DNA from: Escherichia phage vB_EcoM_JQD51
DNA: 64,000 bases
Sequence record: PV204681
Reading direction: 5' to 3' (one strand)
Shown: positions 52,668 through 61,368 of the stretch, piece after piece
Position numbering within the stretch: the first letter of the stretch is position 1
Layout of the letters: every line of letters starts with the position of its first letter
The notes under the pieces: generated by a model
The model's input: the letters and a program-made list of their open reading frames with translations, nothing else
The model's database searches: none
Told to the model about the DNA's origin: nothing
Position numbers and translations under genes: made by a program

Positions 52668-52698
52668 TACTATACTATAGTCCATCTATAATGTAAAC
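52668..52698 (-). promoter_or_regulatory. early promoter for sp, within inverted repeat
   Basis: Plus strand actata ... gtaaac; IR taggact...agtcca. Confidence 0.4.
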
Positions 52699-52702
52699 AA
52701 GT

Positions 52703-52951
52703 TTATTCTTTTTCGCGAATAATAATTACTTGTTGAGGCTGCTGAGCAGATTTCTTTTCGGCAACGATAGACCAAATTAAAGTTCCAATCCAACCAACCA
52801 TCGTCCAGTTAAAGAGTAAAGATACAAAGAAGATTGCTGTTGTGCTTTTTGTGCCACGAATAAGTGCGATTACCCAAGGCAACATGTAAATGATGATTGA
52901 ACCAATACCTGCGATTAAAACTGCTACTGAACTAGCTACGAATAATTCCAT
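52703..52951 (-). CDS. superinfection-immunity-like membrane protein (Imm family)
   Basis: 82 aa, two TM segments; motif YMLPWVIALIRG...AIFFVSLLFNWTMVGWIGTLIWSI resembles the Imm superinfection-immunity family. Confidence 0.5.
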   Translation of the reverse strand: MELFVASSVAVLIAGIGSIIIYMLPWVIALIRGTKSTTAIFFVSLLFNWTMVGWIGTLIWSIVAEKKSAQQPQQVIIIREKE

Positions 52952-53012
52952 GTTAATTTCCTCTTGATTTGTTATGTTTATAGTATCTTATTTTAACTTT
53001 GGTGTAAACCAA

Positions 53013-53381
53013 TTAATTAAATTTGTTTAAACGTTCAATACACTGGACGTAGTTATTAGCGATTTGTTTCTGGGAAGGCTCTTTACCAGTTGTTTCAACA
53101 TAGCGAATGAATGCGATTTCAGTAGCCTGTAAGCAATGTTCTTTAACGCGTTGTTCTTTTGATAATGCTACAGTATCAGAGTCACGATAACGTTGAGCAT
53201 GGGCATCAGCTTGAATCATTCGATTACCTACAGTAACCGGGTCTTCCACTTCAACTTTAGGTTGGTTGTACTGTTTAACATTCGGATTGTAAATCAGTTG
53301 GCCAACGTTATTAGGGATAAAGCCGTGGGCACCACATCCGGTTAATCCAAATACCATTGCTAAAGCGATTAATTTTTTCAT
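53013..53381 (-). CDS. putative lipoprotein (122 aa)
   Basis: Signal peptide with lipobox LTGC. Confidence 0.5.
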   Translation of the reverse strand: MKKLIALAMVFGLTGCGAHGFIPNNVGQLIYNPNVKQYNQPKVEVEDPVTVGNRMIQADAHAQRYRDSDTVALSKEQRVKEHCLQATEIAFIRYVETTGKEPSQKQIANNYVQCIERLNKFN

Positions 53382-53441
53382 TTCAATTTCCTCTGTAGTT
53401 GATAGAAAGATAGTAACACAGTATGTGGGGCTTGTAAACAG

Positions 53442-53654
53442 TTATTTTAAACTTTTGCGAAATTTGCGTTTTTCTTGACGAATCTGTCGTTTAGTCGGAC
53501 GTACAGCAAATTTAACGAAGTCCACTTTGCCGTGTGGAAACTTTTCAGATGCTTCACAGTCCATCATTAGTTCCCATCCTTCCAGAATAAGAGCTTTCCA
53601 TTGTGTAGTTGATGCAAATTCGTATGTTGATGGTTTAAACACAGTTGAATACAT
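53442..53654 (-). CDS. hypothetical protein (70 aa)
   Basis: Track ORF trimmed to internal ATG with AGAGGA SD. Confidence 0.4.
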   Translation of the reverse strand: MYSTVFKPSTYEFASTTQWKALILEGWELMMDCEASEKFPHGKVDFVKFAVRPTKRQIRQEKRKFRKSLK

Positions 53655-53655
53655 A

Positions 53656-53847
53656 TTATCCTCTGAAATCAGCTTCAAAAACTTTCTCGTCATTAACAAA
53701 TGCTTTAACAAGTGCACTGTTCACTTCAGCGAGTTGTACAGCAACCCACTCGATTTCTTCACGGTCACCTGATAACATGATATCTTTAGTGAACATCTCA
53801 CCACTTTTAAACCAACCAATAAAAGTAACTTTAGTTAATTTGCTCAT
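53656..53847 (-). CDS. dmd: Dmd antitoxin (inhibitor of RnlA/LsoA toxins)
   Basis: Track ORF trimmed to MSKLTKVTFIGWFKSGEMFTKD... (63 aa); matches remembered T4 Dmd (...VKAFxxDxKV...RG) and its position just before gene 41. Confidence 0.65.
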   Translation of the reverse strand: MSKLTKVTFIGWFKSGEMFTKDIMLSGDREEIEWVAVQLAEVNSALVKAFVNDEKVFEADFRG

Positions 53848-54161
53848 ATTTCCTCGCAAAATGCCCATTCAGCGTGATAAACTGTAGCACCTTTAGTATT
53901 ATTCATTTGAACTACGTCTACTGGAGAAATTACTCGATAGAGACGTGGTTCACCTCCATAAGAGCGTGCTGCTCGTCCTGCATAAATCTTTGCTAAACCG
54001 ATATCTTCAGTAAAGAATACACGATCCAAGTTTTTCTTACGTCCAGTTTCAGACAGAACTCCTGTTTCCTCAGGAGGACAAAGCATGTTTTCGATGTTAG
54101 CTGAACTGCTTGAACCGTGATAAAAAATCTTAAATTCTGCTTTACAATCGATGGTTTCCAT
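53844..54161 (-). CDS. hypothetical protein (105 aa)
   Basis: ORF track; GAGGAGA SD; early promoter upstream. Confidence 0.5.
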   Translation of the reverse strand: METIDCKAEFKIFYHGSSSSANIENMLCPPEETGVLSETGRKKNLDRVFFTEDIGLAKIYAGRAARSYGGEPRLYRVISPVDVVQMNNTKGATVYHAEWAFCEEI

Positions 54162-54190
54162 TTTGTTCTCCTCTTGGTTGGTGTAAGTAC

Positions 54191-54220
54191 ATCATATCAT
54201 GCCTAGAGGAAGATGTAAAC
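54191..54220 (-). promoter_or_regulatory. early promoter upstream of ORF 53844..54161
   Basis: Plus strand atcata -N18- gtaaac. Confidence 0.45.
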
Positions 54221-54226
54221 CCCGAA

Positions 54227-54251
54227 AGGAGACCGAAGTCTCCTTTTTATT
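54227..54251. other. stem-loop immediately after gene 41 stop; plus-strand copy followed by T-run
   Basis: aggagac-cgaa-gtctcct then ttttatt on plus strand. Confidence 0.4.
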
Positions 54252-55692
54252 AAAATTTTAACTCATTGGCTAAGCTATCTAGGTCAGCTCGTGTTGCTTT
54301 GGCTTTACCTACGCGTTCCGTACGATTCACCTCTGCCTGACGCATCTGAGCACCTGCGTTTTCATTTACTGTGTTAGGTGTGTTCATGCCTTCTTGCTCA
54401 ATCTCAATCCATTTCTGGTTGCCTTTACGTACGCCCATCAGGAATTTATTCCACTTATTCTTATCACCATAACGTGATTTGATTTGTTTGATAAGTTGTT
54501 GTTCAGCTTGTGCAAGTTCTTCGGTTTCAATTACGGCCAACATGAAATCTGCCGTTGCTGGTAAACCTGCTGATTCTGCAATATCACTCATGTTCATATC
54601 CGAAGCATCCCATGCTGCACGTCCTACTTGAGCGGCAGTCCATAGAACTGTTTCAGATTCTACTGCTAATGCACGAAGTTCTTCTGCGATAGCTTTAACT
54701 AATGTGTAGCTATTTTCAGTGTAAACTCTGATACGACAAGACCCACAAATACCTAAGTAATCAACCATGATTACAGATGGCACAAAGTTCTTCTTAAGTT
54801 TTAACTCATTAAGCAATGCACGGAATGTATTAGCATTAGCTCCACCAGTAGGATACTGTTTAACTACTAAACGTCCTAATGTTGTTTTTGAACGCCATTT
54901 TTCCATCTTGGCTTTATATTCAGCATAAGATACGTTACCATCATCGATATCATCGAGTGATACGTCAAGCATGTTTGCATCTATACGCTTAGCACAAACT
55001 TCTTCAGCCATTTCCATAGAAATATAAAGAACGTTATGACCTGTTTGAAGATAATCCGCTGCAAGTGAACAAAGGCCTAAAGATTTACCAACGTTAACAC
55101 CGGCCATTAAAACGTTTAGTGTACCGGTTTCTGCACCACCTTTAGTAATTTTATTTAGAATGTTTAATTTGAACGGGACCTTACGTGCTTTGTTCAGATA
55201 AGAAAGCCAGCGTGCTTCGTAGTCTTCCATCCAGTCATGTCCAACATAACTATCAAACGAAATTGAAAGTGCTTGACGCATAATATCAGGAATAGCTCCT
55301 ACGTCAGGCATTTTCTTGTTACGTTGTTCTGGAGGTAGTTCAGCATTAGACTGAATCTCAATGATTTTGGATGTAGCATTATACATCGCTTTTTGCTGGA
55401 CATATTTCTCAGTTTCTTTAACCAACCATTCGTGGTCTTCAGGAGTATCAGCCAATTTTTCAATTAGGTCTGAAGTTCCTTTATATTCGGCTTCAGTTAA
55501 AGAACTGTTATCTAAAGCCACCTTTAATGCATTGATAGACGGCATTGCATTATATTCGTTAACGTGGCTCTTTATAATTTTAAAGACATTTTTTGCCGGT
55601 CCACGCTCAAAATACTCAGAATCCATATAAGGCCAGACCTTAGAAAAATAAGCCTGGTCATATACGAGATGAGACAAAATAATTTCTACCAC
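54250..55692 (-). CDS. 41: replicative DNA helicase gp41 (DnaB-like)
   Basis: 480 aa; Walker A MAGVNVGKS; apparent GTG start with AAGGAG SD. Confidence 0.95.
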   Translation of the reverse strand: MVEIILSHLVYDQAYFSKVWPYMDSEYFERGPAKNVFKIIKSHVNEYNAMPSINALKVALDNSSLTEAEYKGTSDLIEKLADTPEDHEWLVKETEKYVQQKAMYNATSKIIEIQSNAELPPEQRNKKMPDVGAIPDIMRQALSISFDSYVGHDWMEDYEARWLSYLNKARKVPFKLNILNKITKGGAETGTLNVLMAGVNVGKSLGLCSLAADYLQTGHNVLYISMEMAEEVCAKRIDANMLDVSLDDIDDGNVSYAEYKAKMEKWRSKTTLGRLVVKQYPTGGANANTFRALLNELKLKKNFVPSVIMVDYLGICGSCRIRVYTENSYTLVKAIAEELRALAVESETVLWTAAQVGRAAWDASDMNMSDIAESAGLPATADFMLAVIETEELAQAEQQLIKQIKSRYGDKNKWNKFLMGVRKGNQKWIEIEQEGMNTPNTVNENAGAQMRQAEVNRTERVGKAKATRADLDSLANELKF

Positions 55693-55701
55693 GATAACTC
55701 C

Positions 55702-56043
55702 TTAAAAGAATTTAAATTTTTTCTTGGTCCGTTCATTAAAAGCTTGTTGTACTTGCATTGTAACACATTTTTCAACATGTGGTGCAAGTTCTGCTTTTCT
55801 GTCCTGGTCAAGAACTGCAAAGTCCATTACGATTTTACCATCAACCCAGTCTAGTTTTGTAATATAGACTATATGATGAGAACCATCTTCAAGCGTAATC
55901 AGAATCTCTTGAATGACATTTTCCATTGCTGAACGGATAATTTTAAGAGATTCATTAAACACTCGTTCTTTGCGAATGTCTTCCCCTTCCGAAGAAGGGG
56001 ATTCATCAACGATTTCTAGATTTAAATCATCGAGATTATTCAT
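55702..56043 (-). CDS. 40: gp40 head vertex assembly chaperone
   Basis: Track ORF trimmed to internal ATG (113 aa); position between uvsX and 41. Confidence 0.55.
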   Translation of the reverse strand: MNNLDDLNLEIVDESPSSEGEDIRKERVFNESLKIIRSAMENVIQEILITLEDGSHHIVYITKLDWVDGKIVMDFAVLDQDRKAELAPHVEKCVTMQVQQAFNERTKKKFKFF

Positions 56044-57208
56044 CGAAATCTTCCATTTCGTCAAGGTCGTTTTCTATATCTGCTGCAGACGGAGCATCAG
56101 AAGTTTTAACCGGAACTTTAGTTGTTGCTTTGCAATTAATAAGGTCGTTAACAGCGTCATCAACTTCTTTAATAGAAGAGATAGCACCTAGTTTATATTT
56201 AGTTTCAATTGCATCTCGGAAAGGTTTGTGTTTAAACAACGGCCCCCAGAATTCTACACAATCGGTAGCTTTAGCACGCCATGATTTCTCTTCACGAATC
56301 ATTTCGCCCGTTTCTTCGTCAAGGAATTCGCGAGCATACCACCCGGCTTTAGGCTTAACTACAAAACCAATTTCAGTTGCCATTTCTAACAAGCCACTGA
56401 ATGGGTCGATACCACCATCGAAATTAACCGTGATCGGGAAAGTAGATTTCTCTTTAACTGTACGAGATTTTTCTGCTTTCAACGTGAAGTCATAACCGGT
56501 CAATTCTGTGCCTTCTTTAACCTGACGTTTAGAGATAAAAAATACCGTGTTAGCAGAATAAAGAATACCTGTGCCACCGCCCATAATCTCTTTAGGATAC
56601 AATCCACCGATTTCCATTGCTGTATGGTTGATTGCAACACATGGAATATCTTTAATAGTCAGATAAGGAGTCACAATGCGGAACAGAGATTTAAGTGCCT
56701 TAGCACGAGACATATCACCTACGACTTTCTCGTTCAATGCATCTTCGGTTTCTTTCTTAGATGCAGTATTACCAATCGAGTCAATAAAGATAATAACTTT
56801 ATCACCGCGTTCAATCGCGTCAAGCTGATTAGTCATATCAACTTTAAGTTGTTCGACAGATTGAATCGGAGTATGAACTACACGGTCTAAATCAACACCC
56901 ATCGAACGAAAATAAGATTCTGAAGCACCAAATTCTGAATCATAGAACAAACAAATTGCATCTTTATATTTCTTCATATATGCTGCAACCATGGTCAGTC
57001 CAAACAACGTTTTAAAGTGTTTAGAAGGAGCAGCAAAAATAGTTAAGCCTGATTGCAACCCGGCATTCAGTGCACCACCTAATGCAATATTCAACATCGG
57101 AATACGAGTAGGGACTTCATCGCGATTATTAAACAACTTAGACTTAGTCAAGTCTGCAGTCATTTTAGAAGTAGAAGCTTTAATCAGACGAGATTTTAAA
57201 TCAGACAT
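56036..57208 (-). CDS. uvsX: UvsX recombinase (RecA-like)
   Basis: 390 aa; MSDLKSRLIKASTSKMTADLTKSKLFN...; RecA-fold ATPase. Confidence 0.95.
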   Translation of the reverse strand: MSDLKSRLIKASTSKMTADLTKSKLFNNRDEVPTRIPMLNIALGGALNAGLQSGLTIFAAPSKHFKTLFGLTMVAAYMKKYKDAICLFYDSEFGASESYFRSMGVDLDRVVHTPIQSVEQLKVDMTNQLDAIERGDKVIIFIDSIGNTASKKETEDALNEKVVGDMSRAKALKSLFRIVTPYLTIKDIPCVAINHTAMEIGGLYPKEIMGGGTGILYSANTVFFISKRQVKEGTELTGYDFTLKAEKSRTVKEKSTFPITVNFDGGIDPFSGLLEMATEIGFVVKPKAGWYAREFLDEETGEMIREEKSWRAKATDCVEFWGPLFKHKPFRDAIETKYKLGAISSIKEVDDAVNDLINCKATTKVPVKTSDAPSAADIENDLDEMEDFDE

Positions 57209-57307
57209 TGTATTTTTCCATAGGCATCATTATATTTTACTCATGTTTAAAAGATAAGACGATTATATACTAAGGGTTATACAGCATTTAAAACTTTAAA
57301 CAGGCTC

Positions 57308-57856
57308 TTAACGAGCCCATTTGATAATTTCTGTAATCAAATAATTACGTTCGCTTGCATTAAATCCTATAACTTTGTTAGCACCGTCATGATTAAGTAA
57401 TTGATACGTTTGGATTTTGTTATGAATTGCAAACTCTTCAAAATATGAAATGACTGTATTAAAACCGAATGAAGACAAAGTAATAAGATCGTCTTCAAAA
57501 CTTTCAGTCATTTCGTTACGTGTTAAAATAATTGTGAACACATCATGGTTTTGGCAAAGACGAACATAATCCTGTTCATAAACGTCAAGAACCGAGTCCG
57601 CATCTTGTCGAATACGTCCATAAACCCAGTTACTAATATATCCACGGTCTAACAGATAAATCTTAGTAGGGTCTAAATAATTCAACATCGTTTCGAAACA
57701 GCCAACTTCATTTCGAGACTTAACATCGAAACGTCCATCAACTGTTCGTTTAGGGAAATCAATCTTTACATATCTTTCACTAATTTCCATTATGTCATTA
57801 ATGAAAGTTGTTTTACCAGCATTATCCGGGCCATCTACTAAAATAATTTTAGCCAT
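57308..57856 (-). CDS. P-loop kinase, thymidylate-kinase-like
   Basis: 182 aa; Walker A GPDNAGKTT; DR(G/Y) motif LLDRGYISNWVYG as in TMPK/dNMP kinases; coupled to upstream gene; sits in the T4 beta-gt slot. Confidence 0.6.
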   Translation of the reverse strand: MAKIILVDGPDNAGKTTFINDIMEISERYVKIDFPKRTVDGRFDVKSRNEVGCFETMLNYLDPTKIYLLDRGYISNWVYGRIRQDADSVLDVYEQDYVRLCQNHDVFTIILTRNEMTESFEDDLITLSSFGFNTVISYFEEFAIHNKIQTYQLLNHDGANKVIGFNASERNYLITEIIKWAR

Positions 57857-57857
57857 T

Positions 57858-58757
57858 TTATTCCTCGATTACGACATCTTCATATTTAGGTATATTATAC
57901 GGCGAAGAAATTAAAGCATTAAAGTAGATGAACTCACCAAGACCTGGATGGAATACTTCTTCAGGATTTTCGAAATATTGAATCTTCGGACGTCCTTTAA
58001 GAATTTGATAGTACTCAGTTTTAGTTGGTTTAAAAATTCGAATCAGCGCTTCTTCAGGATACTTATTTCTGTCGAAGCTATTATTTGGATCGGTTATATA
58101 AAGCGGTTGGCCTAATTGAATTGCACATTCAACCACTTGTTCAAAACGATAGCACGGGTCACTAATTCGAAATGGATGAAAAATACCATCTAGATGAATA
58201 GGAGCCAAATCACCTACAAGACGCTGCATGATGGAAGGACGTATAACTTTCTGGGTTACGATAATCTTATTACCATCGGCACCAGCGTTAACCAGCACTT
58301 CCTTTTGACGTTTATTCAACACAGTAGTTTGAAGTGAACGATTAACCGACAACATATCGGTTTTTAAGAATTCGTCAATATAAAAACGTGGTTTATTAGG
58401 GTCTGCAGTGATATTGAAATTGAATTCCACATCAAAAGCGCCGTCATATCCAGTGATATCTGTGATTAGAAAATCACAATCATAATAATCAATTAATGAA
58501 TCAACCACAAATTCATTTTCAGACCAGAAATATTTACGAGTGTTATATGCGTTATCTTTATACCATAATGGAACAAACTTAAATTCTGGGAAAAGACGTT
58601 CACATTCTTTAATATCAGATGCATTACGTGGATATGTAATCACATCACCCGGATTAGCACGGTGCAAATGAAGTTGGAAGTTGCCATCCTTAAGGATAGC
58701 ATACTGTCCAGTTTCATAAGACCGCATACTCAAGATAGGTACGCGGAAAATAGCCAT
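57858..58757 (-). CDS. hypothetical protein (299 aa), candidate DNA-modification enzyme
   Basis: ORF track; TAATG coupling with gene 42; contains a DCD (DxD-like) motif; family not recognised. Confidence 0.5.
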   Translation of the reverse strand: MAIFRVPILSMRSYETGQYAILKDGNFQLHLHRANPGDVITYPRNASDIKECERLFPEFKFVPLWYKDNAYNTRKYFWSENEFVVDSLIDYYDCDFLITDITGYDGAFDVEFNFNITADPNKPRFYIDEFLKTDMLSVNRSLQTTVLNKRQKEVLVNAGADGNKIIVTQKVIRPSIMQRLVGDLAPIHLDGIFHPFRISDPCYRFEQVVECAIQLGQPLYITDPNNSFDRNKYPEEALIRIFKPTKTEYYQILKGRPKIQYFENPEEVFHPGLGEFIYFNALISSPYNIPKYEDVVIEE

Positions 58758-59473
58758 TAGTCAAGGAATCCTTTAACATAATCAAAATCACGTTCAAACA
58801 CATGGGCACTTACCATGGTATGAGTATAATCACCAACTTCTACACCACATTCGTTAGCGATATAATGAAGTAATTTTCCTTGGAGATAAAAATCCAACTG
58901 CATAACAACAGCACAGTTCTGAGAACGCATATGACAGTGGGTATAAAGCTTACCATCACGAATATAATAAGTCACTGAGTCAGTACATGGATATTCAAGC
59001 GTTTCGTCTGAATCAAGCAAAGCCTGATCAGAACTTTCTAGAATTTGGAACACAACTCTTCGAGAGTTAGGCTTCTCTTTAAGTTCTTTTAGAAGAGCTG
59101 GTAATTGGGCCACAATGCGAGGACCATAGAAAGTGTTGAAGTTCGCCGGCAAAACATCTGATTTTGGTTTAGAAATAAATTTAGCGACATTAGGATATGC
59201 CTTAAACGCTTCTTCTGCGTTGGTACCACCAGAAATCATAAACTTCCAGAAGTCTTCGGCATATTCATAAGAGATGCGGTTAATACGTGGGTCAGTCATT
59301 TTGAATGATGACGGAGTGTCAACAACTACTGTCATAGACCCAATTTCATTACAACGTCCAATACGAGAATCAGTTACGAATTCCGGGTTTTCTAAAATTT
59401 CACGATTGACTGCTTTAAATGCGGTTTGAAAATCTGCGGCTTTGATATATTTCATTGTGTTATGTTTTCCCAT
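58757..59473 (-). CDS. 42: dCMP hydroxymethylase (thymidylate synthase family)
   Basis: 238 aa; catalytic-Cys motif YPCTDSVTYYIRD aligns with T4 gp42 FMCTNTVQYLIRD; Asp in the specificity position (QLD, cf. T4 RND) implies cytosine substrate; GAGGT SD. Confidence 0.8.
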   Translation of the reverse strand: MGKHNTMKYIKAADFQTAFKAVNREILENPEFVTDSRIGRCNEIGSMTVVVDTPSSFKMTDPRINRISYEYAEDFWKFMISGGTNAEEAFKAYPNVAKFISKPKSDVLPANFNTFYGPRIVAQLPALLKELKEKPNSRRVVFQILESSDQALLDSDETLEYPCTDSVTYYIRDGKLYTHCHMRSQNCAVVMQLDFYLQGKLLHYIANECGVEVGDYTHTMVSAHVFERDFDYVKGFLD

Positions 59474-59654
59474 GTTTACCTCAATACAATTTATTATATA
59501 CTCAATTCGTAAAGCTTATTTGAATTTCTTGACAATGTTGATATAACGTAAAGCTTCAGCATCGATACTTCCAAGAACACTATGAAGAAATGCATCAGCG
59601 TAGTATTCCAATTAAACAGGTTCTTTAATCACTTTAGCCGCTTTAGTTTCAAAC

Positions 59655-59675
59655 AGGCCCATCAGGGCCTTTTTA
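59655..59675 (+). other. hairpin plus T-run on plus strand between gene 42 and the U32 gene
   Basis: aggccc-atca-gggcct then tttt. Confidence 0.3.
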
Positions 59676-59751
59676 AGAATTTGTTCGATGCTGTTAATTT
59701 TCATAGTCAAAATCTCTTCGTTAAGTTGGTGGTTAAAAGTTTTTCTAGAAA

Positions 59752-60912
59752 TCATTCTGGGTACCTCAAAGCGTCGTCAGAGTTAGTTATATCAATAATA
59801 GATATAGAATTTTCTGATAACCCATTTTTAGATAACTGACGTTTATAATATCTTTCACAATATGTACACGTCGTCCCGCAGATTTCATTAGCACAATCGA
59901 AATCTGGATGTTTGAACCACCTTTTTTCTAAAAAGCCATCTAACAAAGAGGTTTCAATATTTACCGTATGTGAAAACTCGGTCTCATTTTCAAGAGTGAA
60001 AATGGTCTCTAAAGGCTTCCACAATTCCAACAAATTACCTTCAAACTTTTCAGAAGCATAAGCTTCAAGAACTTTCAAAATGTAGTCTGTGCTACCTGTA
60101 CGTCCTGAAACTTTGAATTGAGTGATACCAATATCATTATAAAGTTTCAAATCTTGAGGACGAACAAAACGAGTTCTCAACCAGTTAAATGGGTCTGTAT
60201 CACGAGCTTTAATACAGTGCTGCATTGGATACCCATTTAAGGATTTGGCATCATCTACTGTAACATCGGTGCTATGGAAAATATAGCAAGAGTCACGATA
60301 ACTACAATGTGTTGTATACCCTTTACCAGCATTAGAACAGAACTCATTTACAAGAACTTCAAATATTATATTGTTCTTATTACAAAACTCTGCTGCACGC
60401 TTCAGGAAAGAAACTGAACGGTTCTTATGAATTCCGCAGCAGACCTTTTTGATATTATATTGGTCATGCAAGTATTTGATTTGAGTTACAGCATCGACAT
60501 GTAGAATTGTTGAAACTTCAATCTCAATGTCTTTATTGACTTCACGAACAATTTCCATAACAACAGGGTTAGCGATAGTAATACGCCATACGCCTATTGA
60601 CCAAAGATACTGAACATAATCCTGAATAGCTTTCTTCTTCCACTCAACTAGTTCTCTTTTTGAACCAGGATTTATCGTGTTGAGTGTATAGTTAAAGCAA
60701 ATACCTAATTCGTTACAACGTTTAACGTAATCTTCTAACATCTTTTTGTCAACGTCAGGAAGCCTAAAATCAGGTCTGGCTGCTACAAAAGCCATTTCTC
60801 TGGTAGAGCCGTATACTTCGTTTATCAAGCTATTAGGATAAGTTTTATTGAGCTCTACGATTTTATCAAGAAGAGCTAAATCAAAATTCGTTCCGATTTT
60901 AAAGGTATTCAT
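59752..60912 (-). CDS. peptidase U32 family protein (prephenate-dependent hydroxylase family)
   Basis: 386 aa; blocks ANPVVMEIVRE, EIEVSTILHV, Cys-rich EVLVNEFCSNAGKGYTTHCSYRDSC and FKVSGRTGS align with remembered U32 proteins (YegQ/RlhA: DPGLIMLVRE, EIFVHGALCMAYSGRC, LKIEGRTKS). Confidence 0.6.
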   Translation of the reverse strand: MNTFKIGTNFDLALLDKIVELNKTYPNSLINEVYGSTREMAFVAARPDFRLPDVDKKMLEDYVKRCNELGICFNYTLNTINPGSKRELVEWKKKAIQDYVQYLWSIGVWRITIANPVVMEIVREVNKDIEIEVSTILHVDAVTQIKYLHDQYNIKKVCCGIHKNRSVSFLKRAAEFCNKNNIIFEVLVNEFCSNAGKGYTTHCSYRDSCYIFHSTDVTVDDAKSLNGYPMQHCIKARDTDPFNWLRTRFVRPQDLKLYNDIGITQFKVSGRTGSTDYILKVLEAYASEKFEGNLLELWKPLETIFTLENETEFSHTVNIETSLLDGFLEKRWFKHPDFDCANEICGTTCTYCERYYKRQLSKNGLSENSISIIDITNSDDALRYPE

Positions 60913-60966
60913 TTTTGCATCTCGCGTTAATTGTTGCGATGGTTTTTGCAGGTCTTACTTAAATTA

Positions 60967-61368
60967 TTATAGATTCGGTTTATATGATTTAAATGTTTCG
61001 AATTCGCCTTTATTCATAAGAGCTTTGAATTCGTCAGGACGCATAGCTTTGTCGTCGATAATCCAATCATATACTGGTTTATGTGTTAGCAAATTATGGT
61101 ACTTCAATCCAATGTTTGCCAAGTTCTGAATCAGACTTGGGAGAATGTCAATTGCTATACGACCAGGACCGACTGACTTCATACCGCGAGCAGTGTAAAG
61201 CGTTATTGTATGCCCTGCATCATATAGGGCATTAATGGCAGACACCATTTCGACGTCTGGTTTGAAGTTCACGTAATCACGATTGTTATTCCATTCCGTG
61301 ATGCAATCATCGACATCAAAACAAAGATTAAGCATGTTTTTTACACGGTGCATTAGATTCGTTCCCAT
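60967..61368 (-). CDS. HAD-superfamily phosphatase (small)
   Basis: 133 aa; motif I FDVDDCIT (DxDx[T/V]), motif II LYTARG, motif III/IV K...IIDDKA; start may be the ATG at 61353 (TAATG overlap). Confidence 0.6.
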   Translation of the reverse strand: MGTNLMHRVKNMLNLCFDVDDCITEWNNNRDYVNFKPDVEMVSAINALYDAGHTITLYTARGMKSVGPGRIAIDILPSLIQNLANIGLKYHNLLTHKPVYDWIIDDKAMRPDEFKALMNKGEFETFKSYKPNL

